Positions 27,675 through 37,170 of a stretch of 64,000 nucleotides of DNA are shown one piece after another; the first letter of the stretch is position 1, and every line of letters begins with the position of its first letter. The stretch lies in the sequence record NC_048047.1; one strand, written 5' to 3'. Position numbers and translations under genes: made by a program. Below the pieces are notes generated by a model. That model was given only the letters and a program-made list of their open reading frames with translations, ran no database searches and was not told the origin of the DNA.

Positions 27675-28055
27675 GTGCTGCAAATGGTGAAACTGGACCC
27701 GCGCATCGGCGTGCTTCAGACCGAACGCGGCATGGCGTTCTACGCCTATCCGAACGGCTATGACGCGCCGGCCGTGCGCGGCAGCCGCGAGAAGGTCGAG
27801 TACGCCCTGGGCGTGCGCCGGCGCTTCAACGCCCTGGGTGATGTCCCCTTCGGCCCCTACCTGACCGTCTATGACGTCGAGGTCACGGTGCGCTCCTGGT
27901 CGCATGGCTATCTGCGTTTCACCCGCGAGCCCATCCGGTTCGAAGGCATCCGGGCGCCGTCCAAGTCGGCCGCCAACCAGGAGGCCCGTCGCCTGCTCAA
28001 GCACGGTCGCGGCGGCCTGCCGTCGTGCAAGGCCACCTTGCGAGAAAACGGTTGA
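27675..28055 (+). CDS. hypothetical protein
   Basis: AAGGAGA RBS; TTGACA at 27615. Confidence 0.7.
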   Translation: MLQMVKLDPRIGVLQTERGMAFYAYPNGYDAPAVRGSREKVEYALGVRRRFNALGDVPFGPYLTVYDVEVTVRSWSHGYLRFTREPIRFEGIRAPSKSAANQEARRLLKHGRGGLPSCKATLRENG

Positions 28056-28079
28056 CAGCCTGCTAGGCCTATGCGAGAA
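28052..28079 (+). promoter_or_regulatory. promoter of the array family (outlier copy)
   Basis: GCGAGAAA-TTGACA-GCCT-N9-ATGCGAGAA. Confidence 0.7.
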
Positions 28080-28122
28080 CACCTCGAAGACGGCGCCTGC
28101 GCCGCCCGCAAGGACCCCTAAG

Positions 28123-28788
28123 ATGACCTTCGACCGCACCATCACCGCCGAGTTGGGCCAGTATGCCGAGGGCGAGTTCGAGCGCTACGGCACGCGCCAC
28201 TACAACCTGCGCGCCGACGACTATGGCTATGCCCTCGGCTATCTCAAGCACGAAGCCGACGGGACCTGGATCGTCTACAACTTCCACCGCGATGCGATCG
28301 GCATGCCGTCGTGCCCGATCACGCCCTTCCCGACGCAGGAAGCCGCGCTGGCGTGGTGCAACGAACGCTACCTTGCCGCCCACGCGCGCGCCGAGGCCAT
28401 GGTCGCCCAGGCCATGGAAATCATTCGCGCCGATCTGTCGCCGGTTGAACGCTACGAGAAGGACTGGGGCAACTCCGCCTTGACCATCGTGGTGTCGCTG
28501 ATCTTCCCCTGCGAGCCGGGTGAAGGCGTCTCGCTGGCCCACGTCGTCCATGCCCGCATGACCATCGTCGAGGCGCTGACCGCGCTCGACATCCTGGCCG
28601 AGAGCAAAATCTACCCGTCGATCGTCGGCCGCGTCATGGACTTTGACCCGGTGGGCAAGCACCTGGGCGGCGCCTTCTGGCGACGTGACGCCTTCGGCAG
28701 CCATCCGGGCGACTACCACCTGCTGGGCTGGCGCTCGATGCGCAACTGGAACGCCTACCTGCAAAAGAAGAAGGAGAAGGCCGCGTGA
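28123..28788 (+). CDS. hypothetical protein
   Basis: AAGGA RBS. Confidence 0.7.
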   Translation: MTFDRTITAELGQYAEGEFERYGTRHYNLRADDYGYALGYLKHEADGTWIVYNFHRDAIGMPSCPITPFPTQEAALAWCNERYLAAHARAEAMVAQAMEIIRADLSPVERYEKDWGNSALTIVVSLIFPCEPGEGVSLAHVVHARMTIVEALTALDILAESKIYPSIVGRVMDFDPVGKHLGGAFWRRDAFGSHPGDYHLLGWRSMRNWNAYLQKKKEKAA

Positions 28789-29153
28789 AAAAGACCCACA
28801 AGCTCACCAAGGAAGAAGCCGACCTGATCCGGCGCGTGGCCTGCAACAATGTCGGCCGAGGCCGCGTCAAGCTCGAAGTCAACCTGCGCGAGGACAATCA
28901 CGGCAACGCCGGCTACAACATCCTGTCCATGGTCGGCGATCACGACATGACCGACACCGCGCCCTGGGGCCGGTTCCGCAGCCGTGTCTTCCCGCTGGTC
29001 GACGGCGCCGCTATGCTCGACGTAGCGATCCAGTCCTCGCACGAAGATGGCGACGGTCCCGAACTCCTCTCCCATGTCAAGCCGGTCTGGGAGGCCGGCG
29101 TGCTGGTGCGGATCGAAGGCTATGATCGGGTCCTATGGCAGCGCGCCGCGTGA
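28785..29153 (+). CDS. hypothetical protein
   Basis: GTGA coupling, AAGGAG RBS. Confidence 0.7.
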   Translation: MKKTHKLTKEEADLIRRVACNNVGRGRVKLEVNLREDNHGNAGYNILSMVGDHDMTDTAPWGRFRSRVFPLVDGAAMLDVAIQSSHEDGDGPELLSHVKPVWEAGVLVRIEGYDRVLWQRAA

Positions 29154-29623
29154 CCGAACCCGTCATCCCGACCCTGACGCTCCTGGCCATGCTGCGCGAC
29201 GCCCAGACGAGCGTGATCCTGTCGTCGGGCCGCGAACTCAGCTACATCGACGCCGACGTGCTGATCAAGGGCGTGGCCGAGTACGTCAGCGACTACACCG
29301 TCCTCTGGCTGGAAAAGCTGCTGCTCGGCGTCCACATCACCGAGGCCGAGCACATCCTGTCGGCCGCGCAGAACGACCCGGAATTTCCGAACTATGTCGC
29401 CCTGCGCGTCTGGGCGCATCGGGTCAACGGCAAGTGGAACCGCGACTTCATCAAGATGCTGCGCGCCCGCGCCACCACCCAGCCGCCCGGCGTCACCGAC
29501 ATGCTGGCCCAGGCCGATCCCGATGACTGGGCGGTCAAGCGCTACCTGGGCAACGGCGACGTCATCGTGCGCCTCACCACCAGCGGCGTGATCGCCGACG
29601 TCGAAGCCGTCAAGCTGGTCTGA
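29150..29623 (+). CDS. hypothetical protein
   Basis: GTGA coupling. Confidence 0.65.
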   Translation: MTEPVIPTLTLLAMLRDAQTSVILSSGRELSYIDADVLIKGVAEYVSDYTVLWLEKLLLGVHITEAEHILSAAQNDPEFPNYVALRVWAHRVNGKWNRDFIKMLRARATTQPPGVTDMLAQADPDDWAVKRYLGNGDVIVRLTTSGVIADVEAVKLV

Positions 29624-29625
29624 CC

Positions 29626-29865
29626 ATGGCTCGCAAGCCCAGGCTCGTCAGCGTGCGCGGCAAGGCCGAACTGGTCGAGGGAACCAAGGTGCGCTTCATC
29701 TGCCCGCTGGGCCACACCCAGGTCGAGGACCTGGGCCGAAAATCCCTGCCGCTACCCAGGCGCTACTCGGCCGAGGCGGTCAAGCGGCTGGCCCACTGGT
29801 GGCGCCAGGGCGTGACCTTCGACTGCAAGCGCTGCACCAAGGATCAGGCCGCTTCGAGACAGTAG
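29626..29865 (+). CDS. Zn-finger hypothetical protein
   Basis: CPLGH...CKRC. Confidence 0.65.
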   Translation: MARKPRLVSVRGKAELVEGTKVRFICPLGHTQVEDLGRKSLPLPRRYSAEAVKRLAHWWRQGVTFDCKRCTKDQAASRQ

Positions 29866-30077
29866 CGCTTGCGCAGCACGTCCTTGTAAAAGGTCATCGC
29901 CTCGGCTTCGGTGGGATAGCGCTTGAGGCTGGTCCCGTCCTCGAACTGGTAACGGGCGCGGACCTCCCAGCCCTGGCCATCATGCGAGGCCGAGCAGAAG
30001 AAGTTGTTGCCCTCGTCCTGCCACTTGCGGCTGGCCGCGTTCCAGAAGATCACGTCGTCGACGGTGCTGCGGTTCAT
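29844..30077 (-). CDS. hypothetical protein
   Basis: minus-strand operon with 30081..30278. Confidence 0.65.
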   Translation of the reverse strand: MNRSTVDDVIFWNAASRKWQDEGNNFFCSASHDGQGWEVRARYQFEDGTSLKRYPTEAEAMTFYKDVLRKRYCLEAA

Positions 30078-30080
30078 GTC

Positions 30081-30278
30081 CTAGAAACTCCAGAGATGCT
30101 GGGCGCCGTGCTCGGTCGCCAGCCATTCGCGCAGGCTCTCGTCGTCCTCGATCTCATCGGGGAGTTCCAGGCCCACGAGCATGAGCGCTTTGTCGCAGTC
30201 CTCCTTGACGTCGCCCAGGTTGTCAGCCAGCAGGATGCTGTGGACGAGGCTTATCAAGACGTGCTTGGGATCAGGCAT
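30081..30278 (-). CDS. acidic hypothetical protein, probably leaderless mRNA
   Basis: own leftward promoter places +1 at about the ATG. Confidence 0.65.
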   Translation of the reverse strand: MPDPKHVLISLVHSILLADNLGDVKEDCDKALMLVGLELPDEIEDDESLREWLATEHGAQHLWSF

Positions 30279-30284
30279 GCCGTG

Positions 30285-30313
30285 AGATTAGGACCGCAGG
30301 CACCGTTGGTCAA
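30285..30313 (-). promoter_or_regulatory. leftward sigma70 promoter
   Basis: TTGACC-N17-TAATCT on the minus strand. Confidence 0.65.
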
Positions 30314-30416
30314 GCTAATTGGCGCGCCTGTAAAAGATCGCGTCACGGTGACATTCCCACTTGCATGTCCATTAACCACCCCATAAAGTGAGCCCACGTC
30401 ATCACGAGGGTTTCCC

Positions 30417-31205
30417 ATGACCACGCGCCGCGATCTCTTCGTCTCCGGTTTGGCCCTGGCCGCCGCCTCCGCCTCGGCCATACCGGGTATGGCTGCCGCC
30501 AAGGCCCTGAAAAACAAGGACGATTTCGACAAACGCGTCCTCGACGTCCTGGCGCAGGGCGCCGCGACCGGCGGCGGATTCCAGCAAGGCCTGGACCAAG
30601 ACGTCGCCGACTATCTGGTCAAGCACAAGCTGGCTTTCGGCATCACCCTCAAGAGCTTTGGCGACATCCACGTCTCCAACCCGGCCAAGCCCGCGACCGT
30701 CGACACCTACGGCCCCACCAAGGAAGGCCTCCAGGCGGGCAACATCGTCCTGGCCGATCGCCTCTCGCCTGACGCCGGCGCCATGCTACGCAAGGCCTTC
30801 GCCACCCGCGCGCCCGCCAGTGAAACCCGCAGGGGTTCGCGCGCCGAGGTCGAGCGTCGCCTGTACGCCCACCTGACCGGCCGCGCCTTCAAGGATCGCC
30901 TGCCGGTCGCGCCGCTGGTCCTGAACGAGACCTCCCACCGCCAGGACTTCATCCTCGCCGGCCTGGAACAAGGCTCCCTGCGGCCGGCCTCGTGGTCGGG
31001 GAATTCCTATACCGAAGGCGGCGTCCTCTGGGTCGAGCGCACCCCCACCTTCCTGATCGGCCTGGACTTCTCCTACGGCATGACCTGGGAGATCGACAAG
31101 GTGGCGATGAACAACGACATCGTCCAGTTCCAATCCCTGCCATCCCACGAGCGCGACGTCTTCACGCGCCTCGTCTCCAGTCACCTCACCGACGTCTTCG
31201 GCTAG
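30417..31205 (+). CDS. Tat-signal exported protein (family member 3)
   Basis: MTTRRDLFVSGLALAAASASAIPGMAAA; QGSLRP...WVERTP. Confidence 0.7.
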   Translation: MTTRRDLFVSGLALAAASASAIPGMAAAKALKNKDDFDKRVLDVLAQGAATGGGFQQGLDQDVADYLVKHKLAFGITLKSFGDIHVSNPAKPATVDTYGPTKEGLQAGNIVLADRLSPDAGAMLRKAFATRAPASETRRGSRAEVERRLYAHLTGRAFKDRLPVAPLVLNETSHRQDFILAGLEQGSLRPASWSGNSYTEGGVLWVERTPTFLIGLDFSYGMTWEIDKVAMNNDIVQFQSLPSHERDVFTRLVSSHLTDVFG

Positions 31206-31401
31206 CAGCGCAGCCCGCGACGCGGTTCGCTCCCCCTAGGGTCGAAGTGTGCCGCGCGAAGCGCTCGCGTTATGGTATTTCAAAGTTGCCTGACGGTTGC
31301 CGTATCAACAGGTTTTCTCAATTTCTGAGAGTCATCGCCTAGGCTGCGTTTCGGCACGCCCCCGCGAGGCGATCTCTCATGCCCAGCCACCCAGGAGCCC
31401 C

Positions 31402-31662
31402 ATGCCCATCGGCAGTCACCATCGCTATGTGATCGGCCAGCGCTGGTACACCTCCAGCGAGGTCCAGAGCCTGATCGTCCAGACCCTGCCCCGCCTGCCG
31501 GCCGGCAAGACCGCCGTGCGCCTGGACCTGGAGTTCGGCAGCGCCGATCTCTCCCAGAAGCGCATCAGCGCCATGCTCCAGGCGCTCGCCAAACAAGGCC
31601 GCGTGCGCAAGGTGCGCCATGGCCACTTCGAAGCCGTCCCCAGGAAACCCATCCATGACTGA
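31402..31662 (+). CDS. winged-helix DNA-binding protein
   Basis: AGGAG RBS; ISAMLQALAKQGRVRKVRHGHF. Confidence 0.6.
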   Translation: MPIGSHHRYVIGQRWYTSSEVQSLIVQTLPRLPAGKTAVRLDLEFGSADLSQKRISAMLQALAKQGRVRKVRHGHFEAVPRKPIHD

Positions 31663-32803
31663 ACCCAAGCGCAAGGGCCGCCCGCCCGGTGAGAGCAACC
31701 TGAAGCGCCGCGTCGCCGGCAAGCTCTACGGCACGCGCGAGTTCAAGAACCTGATGATGGAGACCATCGCCAAAATCCCCAAGGGCGAGCCGACCGTCGC
31801 GGGCATCATCAAGCTGTGGGGCGACCCGGACTGGGACACCCCGCCGGCCAAGCTCGACCTGCGCTCCTGCATCGACCGCTATACCCGCCAGGGCACGCTG
31901 GTGCCCATGGAGCGAGGCGTCTACGAGGTCAGCGAAATCCCACGCCTGACGCCCTCGCATGATTTCCAGCTTCTGGCCGAGCGCGCCATCCGCGCCAACG
32001 GCGGCTTCATGAAGGCCAAGGACCTGCGCCGCGCCCTGGGCTATAGCTCCGAGGACGCCCGCAACACCACCCTGTGGAAGTCCCTGCGCATGGAGGGCTC
32101 GAAGGTCCGGCGCGACTGCTTCAAGCTCTACCTCTACAACCTGCCCGAAGACGATCTGCGCAACCTCGTGCTCCAGGGACGCTGGGCCTTGCCCTACTTC
32201 CGGGGCGTCTATCTGGGCATGGCCCCCATGCCGGCCGATCCCAGCGCCCGGCCCTGGCGCGCCCTGCTCGATCAGCATCTCTACAGCGTCGGCGCCGCCC
32301 TGGCCCAGGCGCGCGAAGCCAATGGCGTCGACATCGAAGAGGTCCTGTCCTTCCCCGAGATCGTCGCCGCGCTCGATGTCGCCCGCCTGCGCAATCCCGC
32401 CCGCCTGTCCAATCGCGATCTGGCCCGGCAGGTCGAGGAGATGCCCGACAACGTCATCATCGTGGGCCAGCGCGAGACCCGCACCGGCCGGCTCGTCGAC
32501 ATCAAGGTCACCACGCCGCGCGACGAGTCCGATCCCAAGCACCTCCTGATCCGCGACGTGCGCCTGGATCAACTGGTCCGCCTGGAGAACCCGCCGGCCG
32601 ATCCGCTGAGCGAGTTCCTCGACTATCACGACTATGCCAGCCTCGGCGCGGACTTCTTCGAGGCCTGGGCCAAGGCCTTCAATGTCGATCCGATCGCCCT
32701 GTCGTGGGGGCGCCTTGGTCTGCGTCCCGACAGCGGCTGGCATGTGGGCGCCGGCGATGGGGATGAAAGCGGCTGGGCCGATGACGCCCAGGATGAGGAC
32801 TAA
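31655..32803 (+). CDS. multi-domain putative DNA-binding protein
   Basis: basic N-terminus KRKGRP, wHTH-like IDRYTRQGTLVPMERGVY, MKAKDLRRALGY; acidic C-terminus. Confidence 0.55.
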   Translation: MTEPKRKGRPPGESNLKRRVAGKLYGTREFKNLMMETIAKIPKGEPTVAGIIKLWGDPDWDTPPAKLDLRSCIDRYTRQGTLVPMERGVYEVSEIPRLTPSHDFQLLAERAIRANGGFMKAKDLRRALGYSSEDARNTTLWKSLRMEGSKVRRDCFKLYLYNLPEDDLRNLVLQGRWALPYFRGVYLGMAPMPADPSARPWRALLDQHLYSVGAALAQAREANGVDIEEVLSFPEIVAALDVARLRNPARLSNRDLARQVEEMPDNVIIVGQRETRTGRLVDIKVTTPRDESDPKHLLIRDVRLDQLVRLENPPADPLSEFLDYHDYASLGADFFEAWAKAFNVDPIALSWGRLGLRPDSGWHVGAGDGDESGWADDAQDED

Positions 32804-32929
32804 GGCGCGCCTCACCATCAAAAATCACCAAGCCAATTGGTAGGGTGATTTAATGGTATAGATAAAGAACAGGCCTGGAACCCTTGCGCTGCTTGGGTTC
32901 TGGGCCTGAGTGCTGCCTGGGCCGCCGCC

Positions 32930-33165
32930 CGAGGGCACAGGCTTGCCTACTACAGCTAACGCATAATAAGGCTGCTTTAATAGGGTGCATAAAGAATAGC
33001 TCCCATGAGGATGCAGGACCTCCCCTGGAAAAGCTACCGCATAATAAGGCTGCTTATATGCACATCATAAAGAACACCCACAGACAGGGCACATAGGGCT
33101 TGCCCATAAAAGCTACTGCATAATAAGGTAGCTTATATGCATACCATAAAGAACACATGGCTTGC
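32930..33165. repeat. three ~79-bp tandem repeats with hairpin core GCATAATAAG-N4-CTTATATGC
   Basis: cores at 32961, 33039, 33118 in an AT-rich non-coding gap; first copy more degenerate. Confidence 0.85.
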
Positions 33166-33733
33166 CATGCACATAACCATTCTCCCTCACTATTCTCACC
33201 ACTAACACTTTTATTATCTATATAAATAACCTTATTTTCCATCTATTGGGGTAGTAAAGAAGGAATCTAGTAGATAAGAGAGTAGAAAGGGTTGTGCAGC
33301 GTCTGGTTGTATGGTTGCCAGATCGAATGGGCGACAGGGAGACACAGATGAGGCCCGCTCCGCGTAGGACGACACTGAAGGGTCGGTTTGAACCTCCATC
33401 CGAATGATCACTCTGAGTGCTCTGGACGGTTCGAGGATAAACCCCGCGACCGGCGAATGGACGACCCCGGAGAAACAATCGCGACTGACGAAGGAGGGCG
33501 CAGCCCGAGTGAGGCAGGACGCGTAGCAAACCTATGGACCTTGAGCTTCCAACCTACGGACCTCCTGGCGTAGCGCCGCTCGAAAATGAGAGGCCCGACC
33601 GGCGATCGAGGCGCAGCCGAGGAGACGGGATGGGAAAGGATTCATGACCCGATGTCGCGTTTCTTGACGTGTGTCACGTGACGTGTCATGAAGGTCCTCG
33701 AAGATGGTTAATGCGCCATCCAGGACCCACCCG

Positions 33734-34459
33734 ATGTTCACCTCCATCCGCGCCGCTGATCCGCAAGACCCCCGTCCTCAACTGACGGACGATGCGACGC
33801 TGTGCGCCTCGGTCGCCACGACCCTGCCGCTCTATGCGGCCCTGGCCAAGAAGCGCGGCTCCGACCTCACCGACGACCAGATCGGCTTCGCCCTCGAAGT
33901 GGCCCTCAAGAAGGCCCGTTACTCGGAGGGCGACTGGGCCTGGAACGCCGCGCGTCTGATGGAGGACGCCTTCGGTCTGCCGGGCGATGGCAAGCTCCTG
34001 GCCCTGGTCGAGACGACCATCGCCCGGCTGAAGATCGAATGGGAGAGCCTGACCCGCGCCTGGGTCATGCGCACCGGCTATCGCATCCCCGCCGCGCTCG
34101 ACGAAAAGGTCGAGGCCGTGGTCAATGGGGCGCCGACGGTGGGCAAGATCGTCGGCGTCTCCCGCGCGCTCGGCGTGGCCTACATGGACAACGAGGCCCA
34201 CACCGAGACCTACCGCATCGACGGCGAGGACATCATCGCCAACTACACCCAAGGCCGGTTCGCGCCCGAGACCCCGATCCTGGGCTCGCGCTATGAGAAC
34301 GCGCCGGCGCTGGCCGCCGCCGCGCAAGGCACGATGGGCAAGGCCCGCAAGCTGCCGGCCGCCGCGTCTGACGACGCCGCCTCGCGCCAGCAACGCATCG
34401 CCGACGCCTACAAGACCGGCAGCTTCGGCGCTGATCTCGACGGGCCGGGAGCGGCCTGA
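33734..34459 (+). CDS. hypothetical protein
   Basis: AGGA RBS, long ORF. Confidence 0.7.
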   Translation: MFTSIRAADPQDPRPQLTDDATLCASVATTLPLYAALAKKRGSDLTDDQIGFALEVALKKARYSEGDWAWNAARLMEDAFGLPGDGKLLALVETTIARLKIEWESLTRAWVMRTGYRIPAALDEKVEAVVNGAPTVGKIVGVSRALGVAYMDNEAHTETYRIDGEDIIANYTQGRFAPETPILGSRYENAPALAAAAQGTMGKARKLPAAASDDAASRQQRIADAYKTGSFGADLDGPGAA

Positions 34460-36647
34460 TGCTCGGGACCGTGCTGATGGTCGTCTACTGCGTCGCGATC
34501 GTCGCCCTCTTCGGCGTCCTCCTGGCGCTGGCCTTCACCCCGTACCCGGCCCACCGTGATTGGTTCCTGGACTGATGATCGACACCGACACCTTCCTGCT
34601 GAGCATGGGCTTGATGGCCATCGTCGTCATCGGCCTGACCCTACTGATCCGCGCCGCCGACGCCCGCTACGACTATGAGCGAGGTGTCAAGTGATCGGCC
34701 TGGGGTTCCTAGCCGCCCTGGCGTTCGGCGCCTTTTTCATGTGGCTGCTCGGCTTTGATTTCGAGTTCACCGGACCGGACTGCGCCTGATGCTGACCGGC
34801 TTCCTCATCACCCTGGGCGTCTTCGCCCTGATCTGCGTCGGAGCCGTTGCCGCCTTCTGGGTGGGCGTCATGTTCGTCATCTCCACGGCGATGTCGATCC
34901 TCACCTCGGGCCGCGCCGGCTACACCGACGCCAGCGCCTATACACCCAAGCCCTGGCCCGCCCGGCTGCATCTGGAAACCCTCTGATGGACACCCTTGGC
35001 CTCATCCTGCTGCTGATCGTCGGGGTGCTGATCCTGACCATCGCGCTCGGCTTCTGGGCCACCATCGCCATGGTCAACATCCTGGCCAAGGAGGTGCGCG
35101 TCGTCGTCGCCGACCAGCGCCATCTGCCCAAGGAGGCCTCGTGATCAACGCCCTGCTGATCCTGGCCATCCTCTGCCTGGGGCCGTTCGCCCTGCTGGCG
35201 GCGATCCTGCTGTTCTCGGCGCTGTTTTCCTGGGCCGCCTTCCGCCACGCCGACGTGCAGAAGACCCTGACCGTCAAGGTGGGGCCTTAAGGTGGAAATC
35301 CTGGTGCTGATGGGCGCGATCTTCGGCGTGGCCTTCGTCCTTTTGTTGGGCGCGGCGGCGATCTATCTGGCCCTGCTGCTGGGCGCGCTGATCCTGGGCT
35401 TTCTCGCCCTCCTCCTTTCGGGGTTCGCCATGATGCTCGACGCCATCGTCGACATGGTGCGCGACACCCTCCGCCGGTGAGCATCGTCACGGCCCTGATG
35501 GCCGCGTCCCTGATCGCCATCCTCTACCACCTCAAGCCGGGGTCTCACCGATGAGCACCTTCCTGCAAGTTACCCTGGTGCTGATCGGCGTCCTCCTGGT
35601 CATCGGCCTGTCCTGGGCCATGGGCCATTTCGAGGAGTTCATGCGCGGCCAACTGGGCGCGTCGGAGCTTCCGGCCCACGACCTGCCCGACGAGAAAAAC
35701 GAGAGCGGCGAGCCCGAGTTCGGATCGGAGCGCCCGTGACCGAGATCATCTTCCCCGCCTGTGTGGCGCTGGGTCTGGTCATCGCGATCTTCCGCCTGAT
35801 CGACCACTACGACGGGACCTGAAGGTCATGAGCCTGCTTCTCGTCGCCGCCTTCATCGTCTGGCTGGCCTATGCCAGCGCCCGCAACCTCAGGGTCTGAT
35901 CCCATGACTTTCATCGCTCTCGTCCTGGCCGCCTCGCTGGTCAACACCGGCGCCCAGATCACCAAGGCCCTCGGCGACTACGAAGAAGGCGCCGTGGCCT
36001 GGGGCGTGCTGCTGGCGATCCTCCAGGCGATCGCACTGGTGGTGCTGTTCAACCTCAAGACCGGAGCCGCCTGATGCTCGCCGCCGCCCTGACCATCACC
36101 TTGGACCTCGTCGTCCTGACCATCCTCACCGCCTACGCGGTGAAGATTTCCCGCAGCGAGCAAAAGCCCGGCTCGATCACCACCGGCACGCTCTACGTGT
36201 CGATCCTGGCCTGGGCCGCCTTCTTCTTCGTCGACTTCCTGGCCATCTACAAGGCGCCCGCATGACCGGCTTCGTCGTCACCCTGCTGATCGCCGCCATC
36301 GTCTACCACGTCCTGATCGTGCGCGACGCCTGCTGCGAGTTCGAAGGCGAAGAGGGCAAGCAGGTCTTCCACGGCGTGACGGCCGGCATCCTGGTCATGC
36401 TGGAGATCATGGCCGTGGGCGCGCTGTGGAGCGGCAAGCTGTGATCGCCTCGATCCTGATCGACCTCCTGGCCATCGCCGCCGGCGTCTATGGCGCGACC
36501 ACCGGCGCCGTGCAAGCCATGGAATCCTCGCTCGATCGCGAGCCCGACCTGCTCGTCGCGCTGTGGGTTTTCATCAGCCTGGGCTCGGCCGCCATCGCCA
36601 GTCTCGGCGCGATCGACCTGTTCATGAGGCTGTTGCCCGCGTCATGA
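34459..36647 (+). CDS. run of 15 coupled small membrane-protein genes
   Basis: ORFs 34459-34575, 34575-34694, 34691-34789, 34789-34986, 34986-35144, 35141-35290, 35292-35480, 35477-35554, 35551-35739, 35736-35822, 35828-35899, 35904-36074, 36074-36265, 36262-36444, 36441-36647; all hydrophobic, 23-68 aa, mostly TGATG/GTGA/ATGA overlaps. Confidence 0.75.
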
Positions 36648-37162
36648 CCCGTATCCTGGGCGTGGACCCTGGCGTCAAGGGCGCCCTGGCCCTGCTCGAC
36701 ACCAACAACTGGACCATCGCCATCCGCGACATGCCCCTGGAGATAGGCACCAAGGGCAAGGAGAAGGTCTCCGCGCGCGGCCTGCTCGATGCGATCGCCG
36801 CCGCCAAGCCCGACGCGTCCTTCCTCGAAGAGGTCTTCGCCTCGCCGCAGATGGGCGTGACCTCGGCCTTCTCGTTCGGGGACGGCTTTGGCTGCACCCG
36901 CACCGCGATCCTGGCCTATGGCTGCGTTCTGTGGCCGATCCGCCCCCAGGTGTGGAAGGCGGCCATGAAGGTCCCCAAGGACAAGAAGCAGGCCACCACC
37001 CGCGCCAGCCAGCTAATCCCCGCCGCCCACAGCCTGTTCTTTGGCCCGCGCGGCGGCGCCTTCGATGGCCGGGCCGAGGCGGCCTTGCTCGCCCTCTACG
37101 GCTGCTTCCACCTCAAATCCACGCCACCCAGACCCCTCAAGGTCGTCGAGTTCCCTGAGTAG
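36644..37162 (+). CDS. RuvC-like Holliday junction resolvase
   Basis: RILGVDPGVKGALA, FLEEV, PQVWKAAM, DGRAEAALLA. Confidence 0.8.
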   Translation: MTRILGVDPGVKGALALLDTNNWTIAIRDMPLEIGTKGKEKVSARGLLDAIAAAKPDASFLEEVFASPQMGVTSAFSFGDGFGCTRTAILAYGCVLWPIRPQVWKAAMKVPKDKKQATTRASQLIPAAHSLFFGPRGGAFDGRAEAALLALYGCFHLKSTPPRPLKVVEFPE

Positions 37163-37170
37163 CACCCAGT

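Noticed and set aside
31565-32821. 418-aa minus-strand ORF
   Set aside because: Exact antisense of the 31655..32803 gene, with typical shadow composition.
32930-33165. Mini-CRISPR array (hairpin repeats with ~31-nt gaps)
   Set aside because: Repeats differ at several positions, and the intervening segments resemble each other (GGGCACA..GGCTTGCC recurs). This indicates tandem duplication rather than acquired spacers; no cas genes are seen.
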